Shown here: positions 7,901 to 16,567 of the stretch, piece after piece | Position numbering within the stretch: the stretch's first letter is position 1 | How the letters are laid out: every line of letters begins with the position of its first letter | NCBI GenBank assembly: GCA_005191425.1 | Contig: SUPR01000004.1 | Span: 1-32,000 of the forward strand | DNA length: 32,000 nt | Direction of reading: 5' to 3' | Source: Candidatus Helarchaeota ASGARD archaeon Hel_GB_B | GTDB lineage: Archaea > Asgardarchaeota > Lokiarchaeia > Helarchaeales > HEL-GB-B | The notes under the pieces: model-generated | Seen by the model: the letters and a program-made list of their open reading frames with translations, nothing else | Told to the model about the DNA's origin: nothing | Databases searched by the model: none | Program-made: the position numbers and the translations under genes

Positions 7901-9211
7901 TTAGGTCGGGATAATAGGATCCGGGATTTTTATTTTTTCTAATATTTTTTCTTCAAATATTTGTTTTGCAAGGGTTTCCATTACTTTTTGTTCTCCGCCA
8001 ACTGAATTATTCGTAGCAACTATCAAATTTGCTTTAGTTATTATTCCTTTTGAATCACTCCAATAATTATGAATGAGTAGTCCACGTGGCGCTTCTACAC
8101 ATCCAACACCCATGCCTTCTCTAGGCTCTACATCTGAAAGTTTTACATCTGTATCACAAATGTCTGGGTCTTCTAAAAGTTCTTTCATTCTTTCTACGGC
8201 TTCGACAAGTTCAACAATTCTTGCCCAATTATTTACAAGTGGCATATGGCAAGGATGACCCACTATCTCTCGTAATTCTTTTAATGCTTTATCAGCAATT
8301 GGTGTCTTCATTTTATCAGCAACATTAAGCATTGGTAAAGGCCCGCCATCCCAAATACCATCTGGATAGCCTACAGGTTTGTAAAATATATGAGTTGCCA
8401 AAGAATATGAAGTTACATATTCTCCTAAAAAGTTCATATATTCTTGAGGCTTTGTATCTTCCACAATTTTTCCTTTTGGATCCATTACACGAATTGTCCC
8501 ATCGTAAATATCATGTACTCCATTATTAGCGATTCCTACATTATATAATTCAGTAACTCCTAACGTCTTGATGACATCAAGATAGTGATTTACGACCGTT
8601 TTAGCAAGGTCAACAGTCCAGAGAGTAAGTTCTACCAATCTATCCATCTTTTTAAGATATCTATCTCGGATTTCTTCTGGTAATGGACGAGCTACTCCAC
8701 CTGGTAAAGAATTCATTGGATGAATAGCTTTACCTGCATAATCCTTAATAAAAAGCTGCGCAATCTTCATAATTTCAAGGGCATTCAAGCCCCATTCTGG
8801 TTTCTTTTTAATAATCCCAACGACATTTCTAATTGCTGGGTCTGCAGTTGGCCCAAATATTAAATCAGGCGCCGCAAGAGCAAAAAAGTGGAGCGCATGA
8901 CTGGAAATTTGTTTGGCGTTAATCATAAGTCTCCTTAATTTTTCAGCAGTTTTTGGTATTTTAAGACCCCATGCATCATCTACAGCTTTACTTGAAGCTA
9001 AATGATGTGGAACGGGACAAATACCGCAAATTCTGGGTGTAATACGAGGGGCTTGTTCCATTGGACGTCCTTCAAGGAATTTTTCAAAAAATCTGGTGGA
9101 AGTAATACTAAACATTACCTTGTCGACTTTTTCATCGTCCGTAAGTTTAATTGTTAATTTCCCATGTCCTTCAAGGCGTGTTAGGGGTTCAATATCTATT
9201 ACTTTACCCAT
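7901..9211 (-). CDS. [NiFe(Se)] hydrogenase large subunit, group 3 (HoxH/Mvh-Vhu-like), lacking the C-terminal metal-binding motif
   Basis: IEPLTRLEGHGKL and the N-terminal Ni-binding motif PRICGICPVPH are present. FEKFLEGRPM...KLRRLM...SHALHFF closely resembles bidirectional group 3 large subunits as I remember them. The ORF ends ...KIPDPIIPT without DPCxxCxxH. An AAGGTGG Shine-Dalgarno lies upstream. Confidence 0.85.
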   Translation of the reverse strand: MGKVIDIEPLTRLEGHGKLTIKLTDDEKVDKVMFSITSTRFFEKFLEGRPMEQAPRITPRICGICPVPHHLASSKAVDDAWGLKIPKTAEKLRRLMINAKQISSHALHFFALAAPDLIFGPTADPAIRNVVGIIKKKPEWGLNALEIMKIAQLFIKDYAGKAIHPMNSLPGGVARPLPEEIRDRYLKKMDRLVELTLWTVDLAKTVVNHYLDVIKTLGVTELYNVGIANNGVHDIYDGTIRVMDPKGKIVEDTKPQEYMNFLGEYVTSYSLATHIFYKPVGYPDGIWDGGPLPMLNVADKMKTPIADKALKELREIVGHPCHMPLVNNWARIVELVEAVERMKELLEDPDICDTDVKLSDVEPREGMGVGCVEAPRGLLIHNYWSDSKGIITKANLIVATNNSVGGEQKVMETLAKQIFEEKILEKIKIPDPIIPT

Positions 9212-10188
9212 AAAAAACCACCTTTTCCAATCTTTTTCATAAGAATGGTAAAAGATTTTATTAAATTATAAAAGACCTATATTATATCATTTATGTCTTT
9301 TTTGTTGTGAAATTCAATTATTTTTTTGAATATATTTCCAGCGAGACCGATATTGATTTTTTTTACTTTTAGGGAAATTCTGATTTCATTGTAAATTTTG
9401 AAATACTTGCATATCAATAATTTTAGATCTTCTATAATTTATTTAGTATTTATGTCTATAATTCCAAAAATCTATTTAAAATATTTTCTATTTTTTTTAA
9501 AAATGAGATAAAGCTCATTATTTTTTTACAAAAACATACTTTTTTGGAAATAGTACAATCTGAAATAATCATAATATTAAAATTAGTAAATTAAAGAATT
9601 AGAAATAATTTATAAATTCTTTAAATTAGTTTAAAATCATTTTATTTGGTCGTATTTTATTAAAAGATTTTATTTATAATAAGCGATTTGGAGATATATT
9701 AAGACATAAATAAAAATACCAGAAGTTTAGTTAATCTCAGTAAAATAATCATAGTAGAATTTGGACACTATTCAAATTCAAAATATAAAATATAAAATCA
9801 TATGGAATATTTAAATTAAAAACAAAAAGATAATAATATATTGAAAATAGTAATTAATCATGGTTAATATTGAATAATCTAATATAGATTAAAATAGATG
9901 AAATAAAAGGACATCTATAAATTAGAAATAAATTAATTTATAACTCATTTTTTTATTGAAATTTAAATGATAATTTTGTAAAAATTTATTCTATTCTGTA
10001 TATGGTTTTTAAAATATAGTTAAGATCAAAAAATGGAATCAAATACTTAAAAAAGATATCGAATAAATTAAAAATATAAACAAATAAATATTGGTAATGA
10101 AATAATTTATAAAATAAAAATGGAAAATTCAAACAGAAAAAAATATTTGTGTAAAATATTATAAATTACTAAAAAATGTCGAGGTAAA

Positions 10189-11913
10189 ATGAAAGGAATA
10201 TTGGTAACTCGATGGGATGACAAACTAGGAATTGTTGTAGAGGGTAAGTATCCTGCTACATTAGAAATATCTGAAGATCATATGATGCGAATATTCACCA
10301 CACATGCAATGGGCGGTGGAGAAGCTGGCTTTTTATCTATGATGGTCGAAGATATTAATATTGCATCATATTATACTGGATTACCAAAAGAAGGGTCGAG
10401 TCAATATTATATCGCATTGATTTTAGACAAGGACGAAGCAGATAATGCAGATCAGTTTGAAGAAGCTTTAATTGAGACTACAAATAATTTATTACCTGAA
10501 ATAAAAAGTCCTGCTTTTTCTGAAATATTGAAACGAAATTTCTTTAAAATTCCACAATTGCTTGAAATGACTGAAGAAATGCGATATGCAAATATATTTA
10601 AAAATGAAAAAAGAGTAAAAGTTTTACAAAAGCTTGGCTATGGTGCAACCACACTTGATGAAGTCCAAAAATGGCTTAGTGACCAATTTGAGGAGGAAAT
10701 TCTTGACTTAGAAAATGTTTTACTCCCATTTGAAAAAAATAAGATGATCCTTAAATTAAAAGTTGAGACTGGAGAAAATAATGAGGAATTAGACTGTGTA
10801 TTTTTAATAAAAGATGCATTTATTATGAGGTCTCCTGCTGAGAAACTATATAAAATGGCAAAAGAAGGGGCTATCCCTGAAATGGGGAAAATATTTAAAG
10901 AATATATTAAAGAAGTTGAAGATTATTTTAGAGAATATAAATTAGATGATAAAGACAATATTGAAATTGCAAATTTAATTTCTGATCCAGATTTGAACTA
11001 TTTAATTTCAATTCTTCGAGATAAATATGTAAAAAAAGATGAACTACCAAATATATTAAATAAAACGGCAGAAGAAACTCAAGATATGCTTAATATTTTA
11101 AGGCAAAATAAGATAATACGTTCATATAAAGATAAAATGAATGATGAATACATTTTTCTTTTATGCGATATTCAATTTCCGACATTTTTCCCCGAATACT
11201 TAATTGATTCAATTAGAAGACGGTGGATGGAAAAAGATATTGAACAAGAATTGGCAATAACTCATTTGGAAATATTAAAAAGCGTTTTCAGAGGTGAAGA
11301 AGAATTTGCTCTAATGGAAGTTGAAGAAGAAGTTGAGGGTGAAATTGAGGGAAAAGAACCTGTAAAGGTCAAATTGAAAGCAGAAGTTACTTCTGTAGAA
11401 GAAGTTTCTATTCCAGCCGAATATAAAAAGGAAGAAGCACCTATAACTCCACCTCAAGCCGAACAAATAACAATGAGTGATGAAGAAATTTTTAGAATGA
11501 CCTCGGAGGTAAATACACTTCGAGTAAAAGCGAAAACTCTATTGAGTAAGAAGGAATATGAAGAGGCACTGGAAGCTATTAATAAGGCAATTGAATTGTC
11601 AGAAAAACTTGTAGCCGCAGGAAATGTGGAATTTAAAAAGCGCATTAAAAAATTCAAAGAAGTTGTTGGAACTTTGAATAAATTAATCGCGAAAAAACAT
11701 ATTGAAAAAGAAAAGAAAATCGATAAAGCCGCTCTTAAGGATGAAAGAACAAAAGTATTGGAAGACGCAGATATTGCATTTACATCTAGTAGATATGAAG
11801 ATGCTATCAAATTATTAGAAAGAGCAATAGAAATATCTAATCTACTAGGTGAAGACGCATCGGAAATTAAGTCAATGGTAGAAAATATAAAAACTCATTT
11901 AGGATCAATTTAA
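10189..11913 (+). CDS. hypothetical multidomain protein: longin-like N-domain, winged-helix-like middle, acidic linker, TPR/MIT-like helical C-terminus
   Basis: 574 aa with a GAGGT Shine-Dalgarno upstream. The N-terminal ~105 aa is paralogous to the N-terminus of the ORF at 19057-19764. The C-terminus holds a repeated helical motif, KKEYEEALEAINKAIELSEKL and SSRYEDAIKLLERAIEISNLL. An E/V-rich acidic stretch lies around aa 375-400. Confidence 0.6.
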   Translation: MKGILVTRWDDKLGIVVEGKYPATLEISEDHMMRIFTTHAMGGGEAGFLSMMVEDINIASYYTGLPKEGSSQYYIALILDKDEADNADQFEEALIETTNNLLPEIKSPAFSEILKRNFFKIPQLLEMTEEMRYANIFKNEKRVKVLQKLGYGATTLDEVQKWLSDQFEEEILDLENVLLPFEKNKMILKLKVETGENNEELDCVFLIKDAFIMRSPAEKLYKMAKEGAIPEMGKIFKEYIKEVEDYFREYKLDDKDNIEIANLISDPDLNYLISILRDKYVKKDELPNILNKTAEETQDMLNILRQNKIIRSYKDKMNDEYIFLLCDIQFPTFFPEYLIDSIRRRWMEKDIEQELAITHLEILKSVFRGEEEFALMEVEEEVEGEIEGKEPVKVKLKAEVTSVEEVSIPAEYKKEEAPITPPQAEQITMSDEEIFRMTSEVNTLRVKAKTLLSKKEYEEALEAINKAIELSEKLVAAGNVEFKKRIKKFKEVVGTLNKLIAKKHIEKEKKIDKAALKDERTKVLEDADIAFTSSRYEDAIKLLERAIEISNLLGEDASEIKSMVENIKTHLGSI

Positions 11914-11928
11914 TTTTTAACTGTTTTT

Positions 11929-12468
11929 TTATTCATCATTGTAAAATTCATTTGAATTAATATAATCATAAAGTATTTCTTCATAATTAAATTTTATCTC
12001 ATTAATTAAAGATGACCTTGTTTTCATAATTTCCTTAGTTTGTATTAATTTGTCCATATACTCTCTTGAATTTTTTATTATTTTTATATTATTGTAAATA
12101 ATGAATTCTTTTAACTTATTTATTCCCTCTGAACTAAAACGATAAATTTCCTTAGTTTTACGGCAGTGACCATATTTGGTAGTCTGTAAATAATCACATA
12201 TCTTCTGTGATTCCCATTCTTTTAGAATTTCTTTTATAATCCTGTGCATAACAGGAAAGGTAATATTATCTGAAATTAATAATTTTAAAATGACCTTAGT
12301 TATCTGAGAACTAGGAAAATCATTACTATTCCATTTTGAATTATTTTTTACTATAAATTCTGCCATCAATATAGAAAGAATATCTTTATTATCTTTTAAT
12401 TTGTTAAAAATTCCTTTTTCAAATGAACATAATTTGTCTGTGTCTTCTTGTTCTTTTAAAGTAGCCAT
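11929..12468 (-). CDS. hypothetical protein
   Basis: Long ORF on the same strand as the F420 genes. ATG 12468 (MATLKEQ...) preferred over the track TTG at 12501. No recognisable motif, apart from a possible winged-helix-like segment YGHCRKTKEIYRFSSEGINKL. Confidence 0.45.
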   Translation of the reverse strand: MATLKEQEDTDKLCSFEKGIFNKLKDNKDILSILMAEFIVKNNSKWNSNDFPSSQITKVILKLLISDNITFPVMHRIIKEILKEWESQKICDYLQTTKYGHCRKTKEIYRFSSEGINKLKEFIIYNNIKIIKNSREYMDKLIQTKEIMKTRSSLINEIKFNYEEILYDYINSNEFYNDE

Positions 12469-12565
12469 TGAAATCAAACTCAAATAACTTAATTTTATCA
12501 ATTAAATAATAAGAAATTATAATTTAAAATGTTTTAATAATTATATCATAAATATTATAAGTAGA

Positions 12566-13219
12566 TTATGTAAAATTGAAATTTAATGATATAAGATATG
12601 ATAATGCAAGTGATTTATTACAATTTGTAAATTTATAGAGAGCGTCTAAATCGTCTTTATAATCTATATCCAATCCAATTCTGAATGAATTAAAAATTTT
12701 TACTTTAAATTTGTTTTTAAATTCTGAAATATGTTTTCTGAAGCTATCATTACCGTAAAAAGTTTTAATTTTTAAATCTGCATCGAAAAGAAGTGAATTT
12801 GTGCCGTCATTTCGGTTTGATGGTACAATAATTATTTGGGCATTAGTCTTTTTTTTTGTTTCAAGCATGTTTTCGATATCTTGTTTATCAATGAGTGGAA
12901 CATCTGAAGGTAAAATTAAAAAATAACTTGCATTAAATCGTTTACAATAATTTATTGCATTATCCAGAGCTATATTAATTGATGGAGCCGAATCAACTAA
13001 AATTTTTATTTTTTGGTCTTTAAATCTCAAAATGTTATCTGACGGAGTTGTTATAACTATTTTTATAATTGATGGTATTTGTTTTAAGGTAAATAGAACA
13101 TCTTGGAGCATTAAATAAGCAAATTTTTGTCTCTCACTGTCGGATAAAATATGGGCAAGTCTCAATTTTGAGTAATGAAAATTTTTAACTGGAATAATTG
13201 CAATTATTCTATCAGACAT
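12566..13219 (-). CDS. cofC: 2-phospho-L-lactate (or PEP) guanylyltransferase, F420 biosynthesis
   Basis: IAIIPVKNFHYSKLRL...MLQDVL...ILPSDVPLI...NDGTNSL matches the CofC/FbiD pattern (PVK..SKSRL, DLP, DGGTN). It lies adjacent to cofD. Confidence 0.8.
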   Translation of the reverse strand: MSDRIIAIIPVKNFHYSKLRLAHILSDSERQKFAYLMLQDVLFTLKQIPSIIKIVITTPSDNILRFKDQKIKILVDSAPSINIALDNAINYCKRFNASYFLILPSDVPLIDKQDIENMLETKKKTNAQIIIVPSNRNDGTNSLLFDADLKIKTFYGNDSFRKHISEFKNKFKVKIFNSFRIGLDIDYKDDLDALYKFTNCNKSLALSYLISLNFNFT

Positions 13220-13234
13220 TTTTATATCAACATA

Positions 13235-14161
13235 TTATTTATCAAGGAGTTTATTTAATGCATATCTTGCCAAATTGACTTTTTTTTGGGTGGAATCCAT
13301 AATGGTATCAAAATGATAGACATTAATTCCTAATTTTTTAATTTTTTCAAGATATTTTATATCTATATCATCAATTATAAGTGATTTTATAAAAGATTGA
13401 TAAATCTTAGCTACTCCAAGTGCTGAAACTTCATATCCAAGTCCCAGCATTAATTTATCAGCAGGTCCTTTAATAGGTTTGTCTCCAACAATTGGGCTAA
13501 TTGCAATGGAATTCTTTTTCTTAATAGTTTCTTTTATTCCTTTGATTTTTATTATGGGACCTATACTTACAATCGGATTACTTGGGCATATAATAATTCC
13601 ATCTGCATTTTCTAATGATTCAATTACACGAGGAGCTGGTTCAGCTTTTTCAATATTCTTATAAATTACATCATCTACTTTATCCGATGCATGGTATTTT
13701 ATAAGATATTCTTCAAAATGAAAAGTCCCTCTTGGTGTTTTTATAAATGTAGGTGTATATGTATTTGTCATAGGTATTATTTTTGCTTTAATTGATAATT
13801 TTCTACTTAAAGTCTCGGTAATTTTATCAAGATTATACCCCTGTCTATAAAGCCAAGTTCTATATATATGAGTTGCCAGATCTTTATCCCCTAATTGAAA
13901 CCAAGTTTCTAATCCATATATACCAAGCATTTCTAAGCAATTAAAAGTATCATTAGCGACACCCCAACCTTTACTAGTATCGACCATATTAGCTAATGTA
14001 TACATGATTATATCTATATCTGGGCTAATGTATAACCCTTGAAAATCGATTCTATCATCTCCTGTATTTACTATAATTGTTAAATTTTCATTTGGCATTA
14101 TATTTGCCAATCCCAATATTAATTTTGCAGCTCCGACACCACCTGCCAATACGGTTATCAA
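13235..14161 (-). CDS. cofD: LPPG:FO 2-phospho-L-lactate transferase, F420 biosynthesis
   Basis: N-terminus ITVLAGGVGAAKLILGL and a 308 aa length match the CofD family. TTG start forms a TTGA overlap with the upstream gene's stop. Confidence 0.85.
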   Translation of the reverse strand: MITVLAGGVGAAKLILGLANIMPNENLTIIVNTGDDRIDFQGLYISPDIDIIMYTLANMVDTSKGWGVANDTFNCLEMLGIYGLETWFQLGDKDLATHIYRTWLYRQGYNLDKITETLSRKLSIKAKIIPMTNTYTPTFIKTPRGTFHFEEYLIKYHASDKVDDVIYKNIEKAEPAPRVIESLENADGIIICPSNPIVSIGPIIKIKGIKETIKKKNSIAISPIVGDKPIKGPADKLMLGLGYEVSALGVAKIYQSFIKSLIIDDIDIKYLEKIKKLGINVYHFDTIMDSTQKKVNLARYALNKLLDK

Positions 14162-14781
14162 AATTTTTCACCCCACTTATTCAAGAAACAAATATCATTT
14201 AATTTTAACCTGGGAGGTGGACTTGGTATATTTTCTGTCAATGTATATCCAATTGTTATAAAGGCTTGTGGTTCAATATCTTCTGGAATGTTTAGCACCT
14301 TTTTTACGATTTCTTGAGCAAATAATGGCGCACAATACCAGCATGCTCCAAGACATTCGTTATGAGCTGCTAATAACATATTTTGTATCGCAGCACTAAC
14401 ACTCTGAACTCCCATCTGGTGTTCGATAATCTGTCTTTTCTCATCTGAATATTTTTCCATTCGTTTCATATCAAGACAAGGTACTATCAATACTGGTGCA
14501 GTTGAAAATGTTATAATTGATTTGTTTATAATTTTCTGTATCTGTTCAGTTTTATATCCGTCTTTTTTTAGATCATTTTTATATTTATTTGCCATTTTTA
14601 TAGCAAGCTCTTTTTTTATAATTTTATCCTTCACGATTAAAAAATACCATGGGTTAGAATTGTGAGCTGAAGGCGCCATAATTGCTAATTGAAGTATATT
14701 TTTTATTTTGTCATCTTCAACTTCTTTATTTTTATATTTTCTAATACTTCTTCGTGTTTTAAGTCCATCAATTAATTTCAT
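14158..14781 (-). CDS. nitroreductase-family flavoprotein (FbiB C-terminal-domain-like)
   Basis: TRRSIRKYKNKEV...AIMAPSAHNSNPWYFLIV is the nitroreductase-fold signature. The gene is translationally coupled to cofD. Confidence 0.75.
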   Translation of the reverse strand: MKLIDGLKTRRSIRKYKNKEVEDDKIKNILQLAIMAPSAHNSNPWYFLIVKDKIIKKELAIKMANKYKNDLKKDGYKTEQIQKIINKSIITFSTAPVLIVPCLDMKRMEKYSDEKRQIIEHQMGVQSVSAAIQNMLLAAHNECLGACWYCAPLFAQEIVKKVLNIPEDIEPQAFITIGYTLTENIPSPPPRLKLNDICFLNKWGEKF

Positions 14782-14992
14782 TTTTGACCAATTTAAAAGA
14801 TGAATTCAAACTTAATAATTTTATTAGAACAATTTAATATCAAAATAAAAATATCAAAAAATTTTCTAAATTAAAGCCTTAATAGATAAAAGCAAATGGA
14901 AATATCTCAATATAAGAAAATATCATATATATTTTAAGATAACTGGAAAAATTATTTATATCAAATCATAAATATCGTAAATTCATAATTAA

Positions 14993-15062
14993 GGGATCAG
15001 ATCGTTGCGATTTCATCATTAATTCTAAGTTTCAGCCTGGGGCGATCGTGTCTTCATTTCCC
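14993..15062 (-). ncRNA. C/D box sRNA (2'-O-methylation guide)
   Basis: Minus strand: GGGA-A-AUGAAGA(C)-CACGAUCGCCCCAGG-CUGA(D')-AACUUAGAAUUA-AUGAUGA(C')-AAUCGCAACGAU-CUGA(D)-UCCC. The terminal 4-bp stem is GGGA/UCCC, and a 12-nt guide sits before box D. It is the GC-richest patch in a 568-bp AT-rich spacer. Confidence 0.65.
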
Positions 15063-15349
15063 AAATTTAAAATTAGATCTGTTTATGTTAATTGATATAT
15101 TTGCATAATTCTTTAAATTGAAAAAGCTAAAAAAGTTTTCCATACACCTTAAGTTTTTGGATATCTTTGATTAAATAGATTTGTAATCGGTTAACATTAA
15201 TATAAATATTCATAATACTTTTCCATTTTAGCATAATATATTAAAGAAGAATTGTAAATTAGTAAGAAAAATAATAAATATTTAGACTTTTCGTTGTTAA
15301 TAAATTATATTTCTCATAAAAATAATGTTAGATAATTTTTTTTGCTTAA

Positions 15350-16288
15350 TCAAACTTTTATATTACGACCATTATTTATTAATTTTCTTAAATGAGGATA
15401 TTTTTTTATTATTTCTTCTTTGCTGGGAAGAAATGTTTTATAAGGTTGATATAATTCTCCAGCTTTTGTTTTTTCTATGACTTGTTTCAACATTTGTTTC
15501 ATATTTTTATTAATTTCAAACCCCAAAAAGTGTCTGAACCTAGATTTAGCACAATATGCTGTTGTACCATTTCCCATAAATGGATCAAAAATCAAATCTC
15601 CTGGTTTAGAGCAAAAATCGATGCACTTCATAACTAATTTTTCTGGTAATTTAGTACTGTTCTTTTTTTGTCCAGGTCGATATATCCTTGGAATTTCCCA
15701 AACGTCCAGTGGATAATGCTCAATCTTATTAAAAAAATATTTTTTTAGGTTTTTTACCACGAATAAAATATGATAATGACTTGTGACAAACTTTTTTTTG
15801 GTAAAAACTCCAAATTGATATTTCCATATAATATGATTGATTACTTTTAAATTAGCTCGTTCGATAGCTATTAATATATCCTTTAAATTATTCCACCCAG
15901 AAAAAATAAATGCACTCGCTGTTTCCTTCATAATTCGAGGGAGTCTTGAGATCCAATTCAATGTGAAATTATTATAATTTTTAAGAACTTCATTATATCC
16001 TTCAATTACAAATCCTGAATCTCTATTATATTGAGAACCTTTTCCATCAAAATTTATTCCGAATGGTGGGTCTGCAATAATTAAATCAACGAAATTTTCA
16101 GGTAATTTATCCATTCCTTTAATACAATCTTTAAAAATTATTCTATCAATTGGTATTTCAAAAAATGCATTCTCATATAAATTTTTCGCCTCTTTATATT
16201 CCCAGTCATACTGTACCTTAAATTCTAGAGCTGCTAATCCAGCTATATATGGTTTTTTCCTCTTTTTTTTATTTTTGGAATTATTCAT
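15350..16288 (-). CDS. beta-class DNA methyltransferase (N6-adenine or N4-cytosine)
   Basis: Catalytic motif IV, IIADPPFGINF, precedes the SAM-binding motif I, FDPFMGNGTTAYCA. The order IV then I indicates the beta class. No restriction endonuclease candidate is adjacent. Confidence 0.8.
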   Translation of the reverse strand: MNNSKNKKKRKKPYIAGLAALEFKVQYDWEYKEAKNLYENAFFEIPIDRIIFKDCIKGMDKLPENFVDLIIADPPFGINFDGKGSQYNRDSGFVIEGYNEVLKNYNNFTLNWISRLPRIMKETASAFIFSGWNNLKDILIAIERANLKVINHIIWKYQFGVFTKKKFVTSHYHILFVVKNLKKYFFNKIEHYPLDVWEIPRIYRPGQKKNSTKLPEKLVMKCIDFCSKPGDLIFDPFMGNGTTAYCAKSRFRHFLGFEINKNMKQMLKQVIEKTKAGELYQPYKTFLPSKEEIIKKYPHLRKLINNGRNIKV

Positions 16289-16567
16289 AATTAAATCCTT
16301 ATAATTTAGGTTTGTAATTAGTAATATCTTCCTTCCATAATAAAAAAATAACTACGATAAATACTTATCAATTTACATAAAATAGATTTAAAAATCATGA
16401 ATACAAGGAAAATAATAAAACTTTACATATAAATTAACGATGATTCATCATTTGCTTCAAATTTAATAAAAAATTTTTGAAAATACACATAAAACATAAT
16501 CATTTAAATTATTAAATTAATTCAAATATCACTCTATGGTTTAAATTAGGTAAATTCGGTGTAAATA

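Noticed and set aside
8073-8529. Two short plus-strand ORFs (61 and 65 aa) opposite the hydrogenase large subunit
   Set aside because: They are antisense to a strongly supported CDS. Their Ser/Thr-rich junk translation is uninformative.
9212-10188. Possible replication origin in the ~1-kb AT-rich spacer
   Set aside because: No orc1/cdc6 gene is adjacent. The only ORB-like fragment (tttccagcgagacc near 9345) has no convincing inverted partner; only a 6-mer tggaaa lies about 200 bp away.
11454-11810. 118-aa minus-strand ORF opposite the 3' part of the 574-aa gene
   Set aside because: It is antisense to the E/K-rich coding region, giving an S/F/L-rich mirror sequence. This is a typical shadow ORF.
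13479-13664. 61-aa plus-strand ORF inside cofD
   Set aside because: Antisense shadow ORF.
15477-15716. 79-aa plus-strand ORF inside the DNA methyltransferase
   Set aside because: Antisense shadow ORF. The methyltransferase motifs are on the minus strand.
16438-16454. AUGAUGA (C-box-like) on the minus strand within the palindromic gatgattcatc
   Set aside because: No CUGA D box or terminal stem lies within the expected 40-70 nt, so it is not a C/D sRNA.
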